A DNA stretch of 58,367 nucleotides from positions 62,001 through 120,367 of the forward strand of contig JAVECO010000058.1 in the NCBI GenBank assembly GCA_051942205.1, given 5' to 3'. The DNA is from Coniocarpon cinnabarinum. Its lineage: Eukaryota. How positions within the stretch are numbered: the stretch's first letter is position 1; every line of letters begins with the position of its first letter. The notes under the pieces were generated by a model that was not told the DNA's origin, did no database searches, and was given only the letters and a program-made list of their open reading frames with translations. Shown here piece by piece: positions 1 to 11,237 of the stretch. A program made the position numbers and the translations under genes.

Positions 1-775
1 GCACATCTTTCTCTTGTGAATCTTGTGAGTTTTGTGACTCGGCGGGGACCTTTTTGCGGCCGGCGATGGATTTCTCGGCTTGAGCGTCGGAAGATGCGTC
101 TTTGCTGTTGGGCTGGCGGTCGGAGGTATCTGAATCGTTGTCCTCTCCCTCGTCCTGGACCTTGTCTTTATTGGACTTGAGCTTCTCTCTCATCCTGTCG
201 AGTGCCTCCTTCTTGGTGCTGTGGATCGGTGCGTTGACATCATCACCGCGTTGTTCACGCTCCTTGCGGACTTCATCCTCGATATCCTTCAGGGCTCTGT
301 ACTTTTCATCCGCGCTCTTCTTGGCCGCGCGCTCCGCTTGATTCAGCCTTTCTCTGAGCTTGGCATCTGTGTCTATCAACGGTCGCTGACCCCGCTGGTG
401 ACTCTGGTCCACTGGTCCAATCTCCAGCTCTTCTGCGGAAATGGGCTCGCCGTCCAGACCAATCGGTTGACCATCTGGACCTATCGCCGGCTCGCCCTTC
501 AGCTTTCCATGCTCCATGGCTGCTCGCTCTTGCGGCGTCAAGTGGTGCTCTCCTTCTGCGAAATGTAGCCCGCCCGCTCTATGGATGGGTCGATCGGGGA
601 TCTTGTTCTCATTCGGGTCTGGTCCTCGCCCAGCGCGGTAGTCCATCAATGCTACGGTCTTCTGATAGAACGCCGAATTTCGTGTCGAGGCGGGTCCGGT
701 GGTAACATAGATGATGACGAGAACGAGGAGAATCGAGAAGAAAAGAGCGTAGCGGACCTTGAGTGCAAAGGGCAT
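1..775 (-). CDS. Signal-anchored glutaredoxin-like protein (Grx6/7-type), N-terminal part; runs off the window start
   Basis: Manual translation from ATG 775: MPFALKVRYALFFSILLVLVIIYVTTGPASTRNSAFYQKTVALM...LRERLNQAERAAKKSADEK...KSIAGRKK, open to position 1. The hydrophobic anchor plus FYQKT, AAKKSAD and KSIAGRKK motifs resemble N-termini of fungal secretory-pathway glutaredoxins. The Grx domain itself would lie outside the window. Confidence 0.6.
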   Translation of the reverse strand, partial: MPFALKVRYALFFSILLVLVIIYVTTGPASTRNSAFYQKTVALMDYRAGRGPDPNENKIPDRPIHRAGGLHFAEGEHHLTPQERAAMEHGKLKGEPAIGPDGQPIGLDGEPISAEELEIGPVDQSHQRGQRPLIDTDAKLRERLNQAERAAKKSADEKYRALKDIEDEVRKEREQRGDDVNAPIHSTKKEALDRMREKLKSNKDKVQDEGEDNDSDTSDRQPNSKDASSDAQAEKSIAGRKKVPAESQNSQDSQEKDV

Positions 776-2065
776 TCTGGGGTTGCTGGAGCGTCTTCGG
801 TGATGTGAGGAGGACTGGAAGACTGGAGGCAGCGGTTTAGAACGATTGTGAGAACGGTCGCGGCTACGAGGAGGTGGTGATTTGGGTGCCATCTGACTGC
901 GCACCCTCTCTGCCCTTCGCGATGCGCGTGAGGGAGAAAGGTGCAATCAATGGGGCGTGTCGATCTTTGCGAGTCAGGCGGCGCTTGCAAGGGGCGGCAC
1001 GGTCAGTAGTGATTTTAGTATCCCAAAGCCAACTGGCCAGCGAAGCTTGATATGGACAAGATGATTCTGATGCTCGAGGAGTAGGAGTGTGCAGGGTGAT
1101 ACGCAGAGTTTCAAGTAATGCGTGAGGCACCTGTTGACGTGCGGCGTCGCCCCGCGGCGATCAAGAGGACAGGAAGCAGGAGCCGCAAAGGCTAGAATTT
1201 GCAAGACCAAGGCGTGGAGGGGCCAGTGGGTGGTCTTTGCAGGTGAGGGCGGCTGTGGAAACGCCCGCGTGGCCGCAAGCTATTCATCGACGAGCGGTTG
1301 ACAGCGGTTCGTAGGATTTTACGACACGAACAGCTCCAAGTACGAACCGTTTTTACTGATGATCGGCAGATGATGAGAGAAGAGACAAGGAGGAGTATGT
1401 GGCCAGGTGAGGCGAGGAGATGCGGTCTTGGCGCCCAAACTAAAGATGAGAGACGCCGCGTCTTTGTACCTGCTTCTTGTCCCCACTCCCTGGATGCTCT
1501 TTCGACGTCTCTCAACGGTGTGCCTGCTCGCCGAACCAGAGGAGAGCAGTCACTTACCCGCTGACGAGAGCCAAAGCCGTCGACAAGCTGCACCCTGATT
1601 GGTCTAGCGGCACATGCAATCTCTGGTTCCTGATCAGAGCTCCATCACTTCTTAGCACCGCGCTATCGCAAGGCACATGTATGCATATCAAGTCAGTCGC
1701 GGCAGCAACTTGGTGAGGACAGCGCGTCCACAGCGGCAGGTCATTTCATTGAGGACATGAGGACTCCACGAGGTCCCAGCAAATGCGGCTCAGAGCCCTC
1801 AGATAGGACGGACCCCCAGTAACAGACATTTCCATATTGAATGTCAGCCGTTGCTCGTGTTGGTTGCGCTTTCTCATTTCCTTTGTATGATATGGTCACA
1901 CATGAAGACGTGAAGCTCAGGTTTCCCGTCAATTCTCACCAAAGTTGTTGAGATAGCGACATCCAGGTCGGTCATGTGAAGCTCAAGGGCGTCCCTTATT
2001 GATCTTTGCCATACTTATAAAGATCTAATATCAACCCAAGTCAGCCTCCTGTGTCGACCGCGTGC

Positions 2066-4106
2066 TCATTTCTTGCCCTTCTTCGTCTTATCCGTCGTCT
2101 CCACCCATCCCTTATGGACGCCTCTCTTCTCCAGCGCCTTAACGACCGCCTCCCTTTGTGGCCCCTGCACCATCACTTCCATGCCCTTCCCGCCCTTGAA
2201 AGGTTCCACACTCGTACTCCCCGCGCACGTCTTCCGCAGCTCGTCCGCCAACGGCTGCGCACTGATCGAATACGGCTCAAAGCCGTGCACTCGCGTTGCC
2301 GTCTTGTTGCCACCGCGTGTCTCAATGATGATGCCCACCTTTGGCGGCGGACCCCCTTTGAGCTTCGTCGAAGTCGACGCCAGAGTTTCGCCGTTGTGCA
2401 GAATCAAATAGAACGGGTTGCAAAGTGCAATGACGCGATCTATGAGAGCGTCGCGCGGTATGACGCCTTTGGCAAGGACATCTTTGTCGAGTGCGTTTGA
2501 CGTCGAGAGGACGGCGTTGGCGATGCGAGGGTCGAGGGTCACGAGGCGGCGATTAGTAGAGACTACAAGCTGATTCGACTCGATGTATCGCGTGATGCAT
2601 TGGCGGATTTCGGCGGGGAGGAAATAAGCGCCTTTCGATCCCGTAGCGTTTGTGAAGAAAGGCGCGAGGCTGTCGCGAGGCTTGTACAGAGTCTCGATTT
2701 TGAGTGTCTGACCGATTGAAGTGTCTGTGCCGCTGGCACCTGATGTTGCGGACTCTCCCGTGGTCCCAGCTGAGGTAGACGGCTCTTTCTTGGGTAGACG
2801 ATATGGGGTGAATTCTGTGAACGCTCGATCGTCGAAATCCACGTCTCGGACGATGGCTTCGCTCTTAGCGTCTTTCGCTAGAATCAGTTTCCTCTTGTCC
2901 AGCGCCAAGATGAATTTGCGAGCGTTTTTCCAACTCGTCTTTTTGATTTGTAATGAGTTCGACTGCTCTGGTGTTAATGCGGGTAGGAATGGTAAGACTA
3001 GCTGTGACATGACCAGTGATTGTGATAGAGGAAAGCTCAGACCGTAGTGCTCCTCATTGCGATGATCTTGTTTCTGCTGGTGGATGCCAAAGAGAAAGGC
3101 GTTCAAGAAGGCATCATCAATTTCCGCTGTTGACATCCTCTCCGACGCCTGCTCATGGCCATTGGCCCCTTCAATCGGGGCATCCTCGCCCTCTAAATGC
3201 TCATTTCGAACGGGCTTTGCTTCTGGCTCACGATCGTCAGTTGGGAGTGACACGCCACCGGTCTCATCTTCCTCGTCCAAGGTCAGGTCAGCGGTCGCTT
3301 GGGCTATTGTTTCTTCTGAGCCAGCCAGCCACTCCGGTATCTCAGCGGGAGCAGCTATTCCAGGTCTCCCCGACGTTGACCAGTCCCAAAGCTCGTCGCC
3401 CGCCCAGTGAAACGTTTCAACAGCTGGGCCTTTGATGCCCTGCGTTGTTCGAAGATTGGCAACTTCAATCACGCAAGTACCCAAAGCCACAGGCACTGAC
3501 GGGTTTTCTATGCTGGCAATCGCGACCATGGCACCCTTTTTTGCCGACTCTGGAAAAGGAGGACCTGCAAGACCCGGAGTCATGAGGTCAGCGCCGCCCT
3601 TCATCTTACCTATCACAAACGATGGTGTATGAAGCAAAGGGAGAAGGCACGGATTTTTCCATAGCGTATAGACTGGGCCAATTAGTTGTCGCAATATCAG
3701 CTCAGCATTGAACGTACGCACCTGAAGGATAGAGGACCTCGCCTATCTTGATCCACAAGACACGCTGCTCAGACGCACCATGGCTACCGACGTAGACAAC
3801 ACCAGTGACCTCCTTCAATTGAGGTCCAGATGTAGTACTGAATTTGGCAGACAAGGAGTTGTCAGGAAGTAGGGATTTCCTTAGACTTGAGTGAGCAGAG
3901 GTCGGATCTGGACTGGGCTCTTCCGCCGAGTCTGAAACTTTTGATGGGTTGAGTCTGAAGCTCTCGATGATACGATCGGCAGTCTTGCGACGATCAGAGG
4001 AGCGCAGGGGGCTCAATGTTTTGATCTGATGAAGTATTCGTTACATTACTGATGATCGTGATCCCTTGCATATATTTGCACGTACTGTTGGCTTTTTCTT
4101 GAACAT
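2066..4106 (-). CDS. TMA64: Translation initiation/recycling factor eIF2D (ligatin): PUA, SWIB and SUI1 domains; 3 exons
   Basis: Exon 1 MFKKKPT (ATG 4106) + GTACGT donor. Exon 2 IKTLSPLRSSDRRK...VLYPS. Exon 3 VYTLW...GADLMTPGL (PUA) ...ETRGGNKTATRVHGFE...LADELRKTCAGSTSV...VMVQGPQ (SUI1). Confidence 0.92.
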
Positions 4107-4656
4107 TTTCGCGGTCTTTTCGGCTTATACGCGCAGTATTGCCTCAACTTCGGCTTTCCGACAATCTCACTAGATTCTGGCGGCGTTGAATATCATACGA
4201 GAGCAACGTCTACAGAACTTTTCGCTGAATCTACTATTGGAGACCTAGCGCAACCTAATCCTCAGTGGTCCAACTAAGGATGACCTCAATCCACCTATAC
4301 GAACTCTGCTCTCTAGACTTCAGAGGATTCTGTGTGCCGTTCCGTAGCTAACGAAGCAATGAGCAAAGGTGAATCAGCGACGACGTCAGAGTGTTATTAG
4401 CGTTCCAGCCCCACAGCACGGGAGGGCTAGGGGTACCTGGCGCCAATCGAGGTCCCTGTTCCATGGGTATCTGCGGGTATTCTAGCCCTTACATCCCGCC
4501 CAGCTCTTTTCTAGGTAGGAAACAAGTTTTGGCTTGAGAACAAAGAATTGTAAACGCTTCTCTGTATTTCGTAGCCCATGAAAATGCATTAACAAATTCT
4601 ATAAGAATTCTGTTCAATCTAGTAAGTTTTGCTTTCGAGCGATCGTGGATCACGGA

Positions 4657-5784
4657 TTAGAAGTACAAATCTCGATAAGAGCCAAGAACCTCTACGCGGG
4701 CATTAGATTCAGGTCCACCAGCTACAGGGAACTCATCGTGCAACCCCTCCGGTCCATCCAGGGCTGCGAAATGTTCTGCAAGTCGTAGTCCGCGTTGACG
4801 CTCCTCCTCGACCGACTGCCACGTCCAGTTTTCGCGGGCGTTTTTGCCAAAGGCCGCCTTTTTCGAGTTTCCGTTCTCTGGCTCGTCAGGACCTGGCGGC
4901 AGCAGGTCAGAGCTCTTGAAGACAAGCTCGGGGGGCACTGTTTGTCTGTTGCGTTTGACAACGTATTTCGCCAGACTTGTGGCAAGAATTGCGTCCTTGA
5001 ATTCCCCGCTCCGCTCTGTGTTTGGCTTACTGTTCGTCGAGCTCCGTGTGCGGTCAACCTTCCATGGCTGAAAGGCGTAGCCATCTGGTAAGACAGCACC
5101 TTGTTTGACGGCGTGGGAAAGAATGTAAATCCATTTGCGATCCCAGCTAAGAATTCTTGTCCAAATTTCGTACCGCTGATATGGCTTAACTTCGCGCTTA
5201 AAGTGACAGCTCACCGCTCCAAGCGCAATGGCAAACACAGCTTTCCCTGCCTTGCCTCGCGCATGACTCTGCACTTCTGAAGTAGCGTGTCCGTTTGTGT
5301 CGGCATCCGCGGTTACAATGCTTGCTCGATACTCCCCGTCCTTTCCCACTGGGAGCTCGGGATACTGACGACGACTGACATCTTTGATCCCCGGCTTCAG
5401 TAAACAAGCTACAAGCTCAGTCCTTGCCATGTCAAAGTCGGCGAAGTAGGTACTGTTGCTTTTGTGTCCATTCCAATCTATCTCAGGGATCGGTGTGTAG
5501 ATGTGGGAGTGGATGATGGGTCGAAAGAGGGCGTCTTTGGGTAATTCGTGGCGTTGAAAGTACAGCTGGTGCCACATCGTCTTGAAGAAGCGAAGATGCC
5601 ATACTAGCGGCAGTGACTTCGCGTTCAATACAAAAGCAATCACAAGCGCTGTGAAGCGGATTGGATAGGAAGTGGGCGAGAAAAGGCGCGCGAAGACCTG
5701 TCTAGCGGCGGACGAGCTACAGATGACTGTAATGACAGTGATCAAGGAGGATGCACTGGCAGGAGTCTTTAGCCTTGCTGCCAT
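4657..5784 (-). CDS. Hot-dog-fold thioesterase-like protein (THEM6/YBR096W family)
   Basis: 375-aa ORF with NAKSLPLVWHLR, EIDWNGHKSNSTYFADFDMAR, LGAVSCHFKREVKPYQRYEIWTRILSWDRKWIY. Confidence 0.85.
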   Translation of the reverse strand: MAARLKTPASASSLITVITVICSSSAARQVFARLFSPTSYPIRFTALVIAFVLNAKSLPLVWHLRFFKTMWHQLYFQRHELPKDALFRPIIHSHIYTPIPEIDWNGHKSNSTYFADFDMARTELVACLLKPGIKDVSRRQYPELPVGKDGEYRASIVTADADTNGHATSEVQSHARGKAGKAVFAIALGAVSCHFKREVKPYQRYEIWTRILSWDRKWIYILSHAVKQGAVLPDGYAFQPWKVDRTRSSTNSKPNTERSGEFKDAILATSLAKYVVKRNRQTVPPELVFKSSDLLPPGPDEPENGNSKKAAFGKNARENWTWQSVEEERQRGLRLAEHFAALDGPEGLHDEFPVAGGPESNARVEVLGSYRDLYF

Positions 5785-6159
5785 AGCCTCTTAAAGCCCG
5801 TGCCGGGAGGGGCCGGAGAAGAGAAGAGTCTGAGGGCACGTAGATTGTAGGAAGTAGCATTTTGCGTGAAGGCATCGTTAATCAGAGAAGAGCGCGGAGG
5901 GTAGTGCTGAGGCGACGGGAAATGTGCCTCGGCCTTGCGTTCCCTTGCTGGCCAATGCTCTGCAGATGCGAGTGCAGATGCAGATGCCGATCTTTTTCGC
6001 CTCCACGACATTTTGAGCTTATACAATGGAGACTGTGTCTGGTTTCAGGAACAGGTAAGTCAGCTCGTCGTAGCAATGCTCACCAGCATGACAACACTCA
6101 ACACCGCATGCCGAGATGAGTTTCGACAGGGTTGTCTCGTAAACTTTCGGATTCACTCG

Positions 6160-8479
6160 TTATACTGCGATACTTGAGCCATCATTCTCCAGCAGTTCCC
6201 CTGCTTCTCGGCAGAATCTTGCCTGTCCGCTGCCTCCCGTCTGCACATCGCTACCCCAACAGATCACCACGGCGTCTAGAATCCCACTAAGTATCCCTTC
6301 CATTGCACCCAAGACCGCCCATCCGATGGCTCCAGCTATGAGACCTACAATGTAGGCGTACATACTGCCCCGCGTACTCGTGCCTTCGATGGCTATCATC
6401 CTCGCAGCAGAGACCCAGCCACCGAAGCCGAACGCCACAGCCATTATGAATCGCGTGGCATGAAGCAGGAGCTTCGATAGTCGATATGCAAACAAGTTCG
6501 GAATGCCTCGATTGTTCGGGTAAGGCTTCGAGAAGGCATGCGGAGTGAGCGCAGCGGTTGGTCCTGTTCCTGCAGCTGGCGCGACAAACGTAAGTTCTGT
6601 CAGCCCCCTTGCAGAGGTAGTGAGTGGTTGGGAGTGGATGGCGGCGTATGTGAGCGTCAGTGGATTCGTCAACGTCGCAATCGAGGTTGGCACAAAGGAG
6701 TAAAAGAACAGGGTTAGGTAGCTACTCAGTCGAGCGGGTAGAACCAAGAGCGGAAGTCGTACGAGCAACGCCAACAACGTCGAGAAGCAAATGGTACCGA
6801 AAACCTTGGTCGTCGCGTGGGCGAAGGATGCTCGAGCCACTGATTGAGGCGACGCAGGTGCCGAGTTGCGGTAGAAGTACCACTGCGACGTAGCAGCCGC
6901 TGTCGTTGCTCGTTGAAGACCTGCAATGACACCTAATGTCCAGAGGTAACTCAGCACGAAGAAAACTCCCACCCAACATGTGCCAGCATTGACGATGAAT
7001 GTCGTTTTGCCTGTAACGCTGATGTGACCATTGAGAAACACACGCGTAAACATGAGCATCCAAAGCCAGGACCATACAACGACAGTTCCCAGCGTCGCAA
7101 ATCCTACCAGCACCAGTGTAGGGCATGCAGCCAGAATGCGTGTGCTGAACTGCAGCAGATTGATTGCGCGGTCCAGAGACTTTCGTCCACAATACGCTGT
7201 ATAGATCCACACGATTGTGAAAGCCATGGGAATCCACGATAACCACCGCATCGCAACATCTTGGGCGCTGTGCCCACCCCACGTCCCTCGAAAGCTAAAC
7301 ACAAATGGGTAGATCGTGAAGGAGATGGTGATCGCGGGCACCGCAAGCAGCATAAGATATACGAGTGGTCGAACGAACGTCCTTAGCGCTGCGATCCAAA
7401 CCAGCGCTACGACGATCGAAACAAGCGTGTAGATTCCAAGGAGGAAGAAAGATGATCGCATCATCGTGTAAATCGTGTCTCCGACAGCCGCGCGCTTGTT
7501 GGAGGAGCTTGTATGTAGCAGAAACAAAAAGAACGTCGAGAGCATTGCGATCATATCGATCACAAATAGTGATGAGAAAAAGGTGTCGAAGTTGGCTGGC
7601 TTTGCTGCTGGAATCGGACTAGCTGTAGGTAGCACACTTTCACGATCGGGACTGCTTGAATGCTGTTCTCTCGCTAGGAACGGCGCGTCTTCCCTTTCAG
7701 TATATCTGCTGTCATCAGGTACGTTCCCAGGAAGCACTGAGTTGCGGAACTGCTGTATCGATGGTGGATCTTCTTCATTGATGATTGACGGCTCTTCGTC
7801 TGCCTCGTGAATGGTTGAAGCAAGCTCTACATCAACGAGTCGATCTTTGCCGCGACCGGTTACGCTGCTGGCCAGACTTGAAGACGGACGAGTTTTTGTT
7901 GGAGCGTGCGTGGACTCTGACATGTCCCGTTCGATGCCTTCGTCGCCGGTCCAAGAGCTCTTGATGCCTCCGCCAGCCTTTCCACCCTGAATCAAACCCC
8001 TTTCGTCTTCCTCAGATGAATCGGTCATTTGGCTTGTCCCGAAATCTCTTCTGGACTTTTGCAGTGCATATGTGTCTGCGGCCTCTCTTTCTCGTTCCGC
8101 GACGTCGTCTTCCTCTCGAAACTCATCATTCGCGCTATAGAACAAGGGTGCCGGCGCATTGTTGGTCCGTGACGTGAATGGAAAACGCGACGTTTGAGAT
8201 GCTGCGACGCCTTGATACGGGTTGCCGAAGGGTCTTCGCTGCAGGTAGCCACGCGCCGGCGCGCGCGGAGCTCCATCGCGTCGCCGATCCAGGGGATTTT
8301 GGTTTTGCTGCTGCGGCTCATTTTGGCTAAGACTGAGGCCAGCTTGAGATTGCGCGAGGAAACGTGAGGCGTCTAGGTTGCGACTGGTGTCAGCAAAGGG
8401 CGGACCAGGAACAATGGCTCATAGACGCTGCAAAGGCGGCGACCAGGGAGCACTCTGAGCACATACATTCTGAGAACAT
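6160..8479 (-). CDS. Choline transporter-like (CTL/SLC44, PNS1-related) membrane protein; 2 exons
   Basis: Exon 1 MFSE(Y) at 8479 + GTATGT intron (~8373-8466). Exon 2 YASRFLAQSQ...APAPLFYSANDEFREED, then many TM segments with QRATTAAATSQWYF, FGTICFS and LTYAAIHSQPL. Confidence 0.85.
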
Positions 8480-9138
8480 ATCCGGTCTACGTAAAGGCTG
8501 AGCACTGCCTATCGGGCTCTTGTTGGAGGCTACCACAGCCAAATCTTATTGCCGCCTCGGGCCGTTGATGGGAGGCGTTACAAATTAGCGCAATTCTTCT
8601 ACTAGAACAGACGCAGATTGCAAGTAATAGGGTGCGGGTTTGGAAACGAAAGAATAGTGGCAAAGGAGCGGATCACAGGTAGAATTGGGGTGAGGAGTCA
8701 GCAGTTCAGAGGTTGGTGCAATGATGGGCGTATGACACAAGCGTAGGTTCACATCGTGACTCGCCTTCACAGCTGCTTTCGGCCTAGACATCCATGCACT
8801 CACCACTTGACTCTTCTACAACGACAACTCTGTTCATTGCCATTCAGCTATTCAGCTATATACACTAGCTCTTACAGTACTGATACTGGAACGCATTGTC
8901 CTTATCATTACTACGACCTTTGCGTCGCTGACGGACCTCATATCGCATGATAAAGCTCATGTGCTATAGCAAGAGCGCAAAATCCAGCGTAAAGGATTGA
9001 AGATAAGCACTTGCACGTGGTATTGGCCAAGCTACCTCAAAGCACTTCTTCATCACAATTTCGCCTCGATTCGACAGAGGTCCACGCCCCTAACTGCGGT
9101 ATTTCGCCACTGGCGCTTTCTGCTCCAGCTGGGCCTTG

Positions 9139-9924
9139 ATGTCGCAGCCATGGGACTACATTGCAAAGATAATAGCATTGGGCGATTCTGGTTGCGGCAA
9201 GAGTAGTCTGACAATCAGATTATGCGAAGGACGCTTCGTTTCATATCACGACGTTACAATCGGCGTAGAGTTTGGTAGTCGAATCGTTCCAGTCGGGCCG
9301 CCTGCATCCCTGGAGTTGGGGATCAATAATCCAAGCCCGACGTCTCCGCAAGCCCCTGCACAGACTGTCAAGAATCAACCAGATACACGGCAGAAGTCTA
9401 TGAAGTTATCGCTATGGGATACTGCTGGGCAAGAAACCTACAAATCCATCACACGAAGCTACTTTCGCGGGGCCTCTGGAGCGCTGCTAGTATTCGACAT
9501 CACTAGGCACGCAACTTTCGAATCTGTGACTTCCTGGCTGGAGGATCTGAAGCAGATTGCAGACAGTGAGATCGTGGTGGTACTGGTGGGGAACAAGAGC
9601 GACCTCGCGGACGCATCCATGTCCGGAGAGGGCGACAACCAGCGGCAAGTCACACAAGAAGAAGCAGAAGAATGGTGCAAGAAGCAGGGAGTTCTCAAGT
9701 ATGTGGAGACATCTGCAAAGTCTGGGGAGGGCGTAGAGAGGGCCTTCTTGGAGGTCGCCGAGAGGATATACCAGAATATCGAGGCCGGAAAATACGACCT
9801 GAATGACCGACGATCGGGCGTAAAGGCAGCAGGCGCGGCAGGACCTGCTAACACGGCGAAAACAGTGAACCTCGGGATTCAGGACTCTTCAGCCAGCACC
9901 AACAAAGGTGGTGGGTGCTGCTGA
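9139..9924 (+). CDS. RAB2: Rab2-like small GTPase
   Basis: GDSGCGKS (G1), HDVTIGVEFG effector, WDTAGQE, GNKSD, ETSAK; C-terminal GGGCC prenylation motif; ATG at 9139. Confidence 0.88.
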   Translation: MSQPWDYIAKIIALGDSGCGKSSLTIRLCEGRFVSYHDVTIGVEFGSRIVPVGPPASLELGINNPSPTSPQAPAQTVKNQPDTRQKSMKLSLWDTAGQETYKSITRSYFRGASGALLVFDITRHATFESVTSWLEDLKQIADSEIVVVLVGNKSDLADASMSGEGDNQRQVTQEEAEEWCKKQGVLKYVETSAKSGEGVERAFLEVAERIYQNIEAGKYDLNDRRSGVKAAGAAGPANTAKTVNLGIQDSSASTNKGGGCC

Positions 9925-10097
9925 TTTTCAATGAGTGACAAAGGCGTCTACTGCCGTCTATTATACAGTGATCGACATTGATTCGATCTGCCAACTCCTC
10001 ATTACAAGCTTTGTGCTCATATCATCTTCGCATCGTAGGCGTGTGATGCTTTCCGTGTCGTAACGTATCTTGAAGGTAGAGAAGGCGGAGGGACGAG

Positions 10098-10454
10098 TCA
10101 AAATCCATTTCCATTTGCATGAACTAATTGGTCGTCTTCGATGACCGCATTATATTTGACGCCCTGAGTCTGAACTGTCTCGAAAGCCACCGGAGGCGCT
10201 TTCGCAGCGAATGCTTTTATGAGCTCTAGTGCAAAAGAGTGTCAGCTCAGACATGGCGGTGGTGGTATAGGCCTAGCCATACTGTACTCATGGGAGACGG
10301 TGCCACCAGCTTGTTTCACAGCGAATTTGGCGTCATCGAGGACCGAATCAGGCGTATCGTCAGGATACGAAACAATCACCGAGCGCTGAGGTGCAGCTGC
10401 AAAGGTGAGGACAATGAGAAAAGAGAATAGCAAGGTAGTCAAGGCCAATCTCAT
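10098..10454 (-). CDS. Small secreted peptidase inhibitor I9-like (subtilisin propeptide-like) protein; 2 exons
   Basis: Signal peptide MRLALTTLLFSFLIVLTFA, then SVIVSYPDDTPDSVLDDAKFAVKQAGGTVSHEY, GTATGG...CTGAC...TAG intron, then KLIKAFAAKAP...AVIEDDQLVHANGNGF*. Confidence 0.85.
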
Positions 10455-11237
10455 GATCAATAAATTTGCGACGGTGCGTCGGGCGGTACAGGTCTCTGAA
10501 TTCTCAGCTGGTGCAATTGAGTGATTGAATACGATAGGTACACACCTCGGGATGAGGTATGGTCACCATGCTACCCTGCTCTTATATCAGGTTACAAGGG
10601 TTAATCCTAAATAGGTATGTTGATATCATCAATCAGCTTGCCTCTGCTTTCTCTTCCGTTCCTGTTTCTTTGGTGTCCATCGTCCTCTACACCTGACTGA
10701 CAGCCTCGGTACTCTCGTCTGCCATTTCGAAGGCTCCTGATATTGCACTTTTTGCTTGGCAGCCGCGCATTTCCCCCGGTGATCATTTCGAAAATTGCAC
10801 CCAGTCCGCACCCAGTCCGCTCCGCACCCCCTCCGCAGAGTCTTGAGCGTTTGAAGGAACTTGGTTACGATGGCACTGGGGAACATGACTTAGTTTAACA
10901 AACATCAGCTTCGTCCTTGCGACTCGTCCCCGCGAGACTTGGATCGCTTTTATTCCTGAGACTAGTGGACACTATTTTATCTGTCGAGTCTGTCGGTAAT
11001 CCAAAAGAGCTGGGATTTTTCGGGATCAGTTTGAAAAAGGCATAGCGACTTCTGCTGGTCGTTGAACCTTTGCCACACAGAAGCTCTTTGTCCTCGAGCG
11101 TCTCGTCCTCATACACGTTCGTCTTCGTAGACCGGAGTCGGCGGTGTTATTGCCCTCGAGACAGACATAGTGACATACTTCTATTTTTTCCTTTCTTTCT
11201 GCACTTCCTCACGACCTGTTGCTTCGATACCGTGAAG

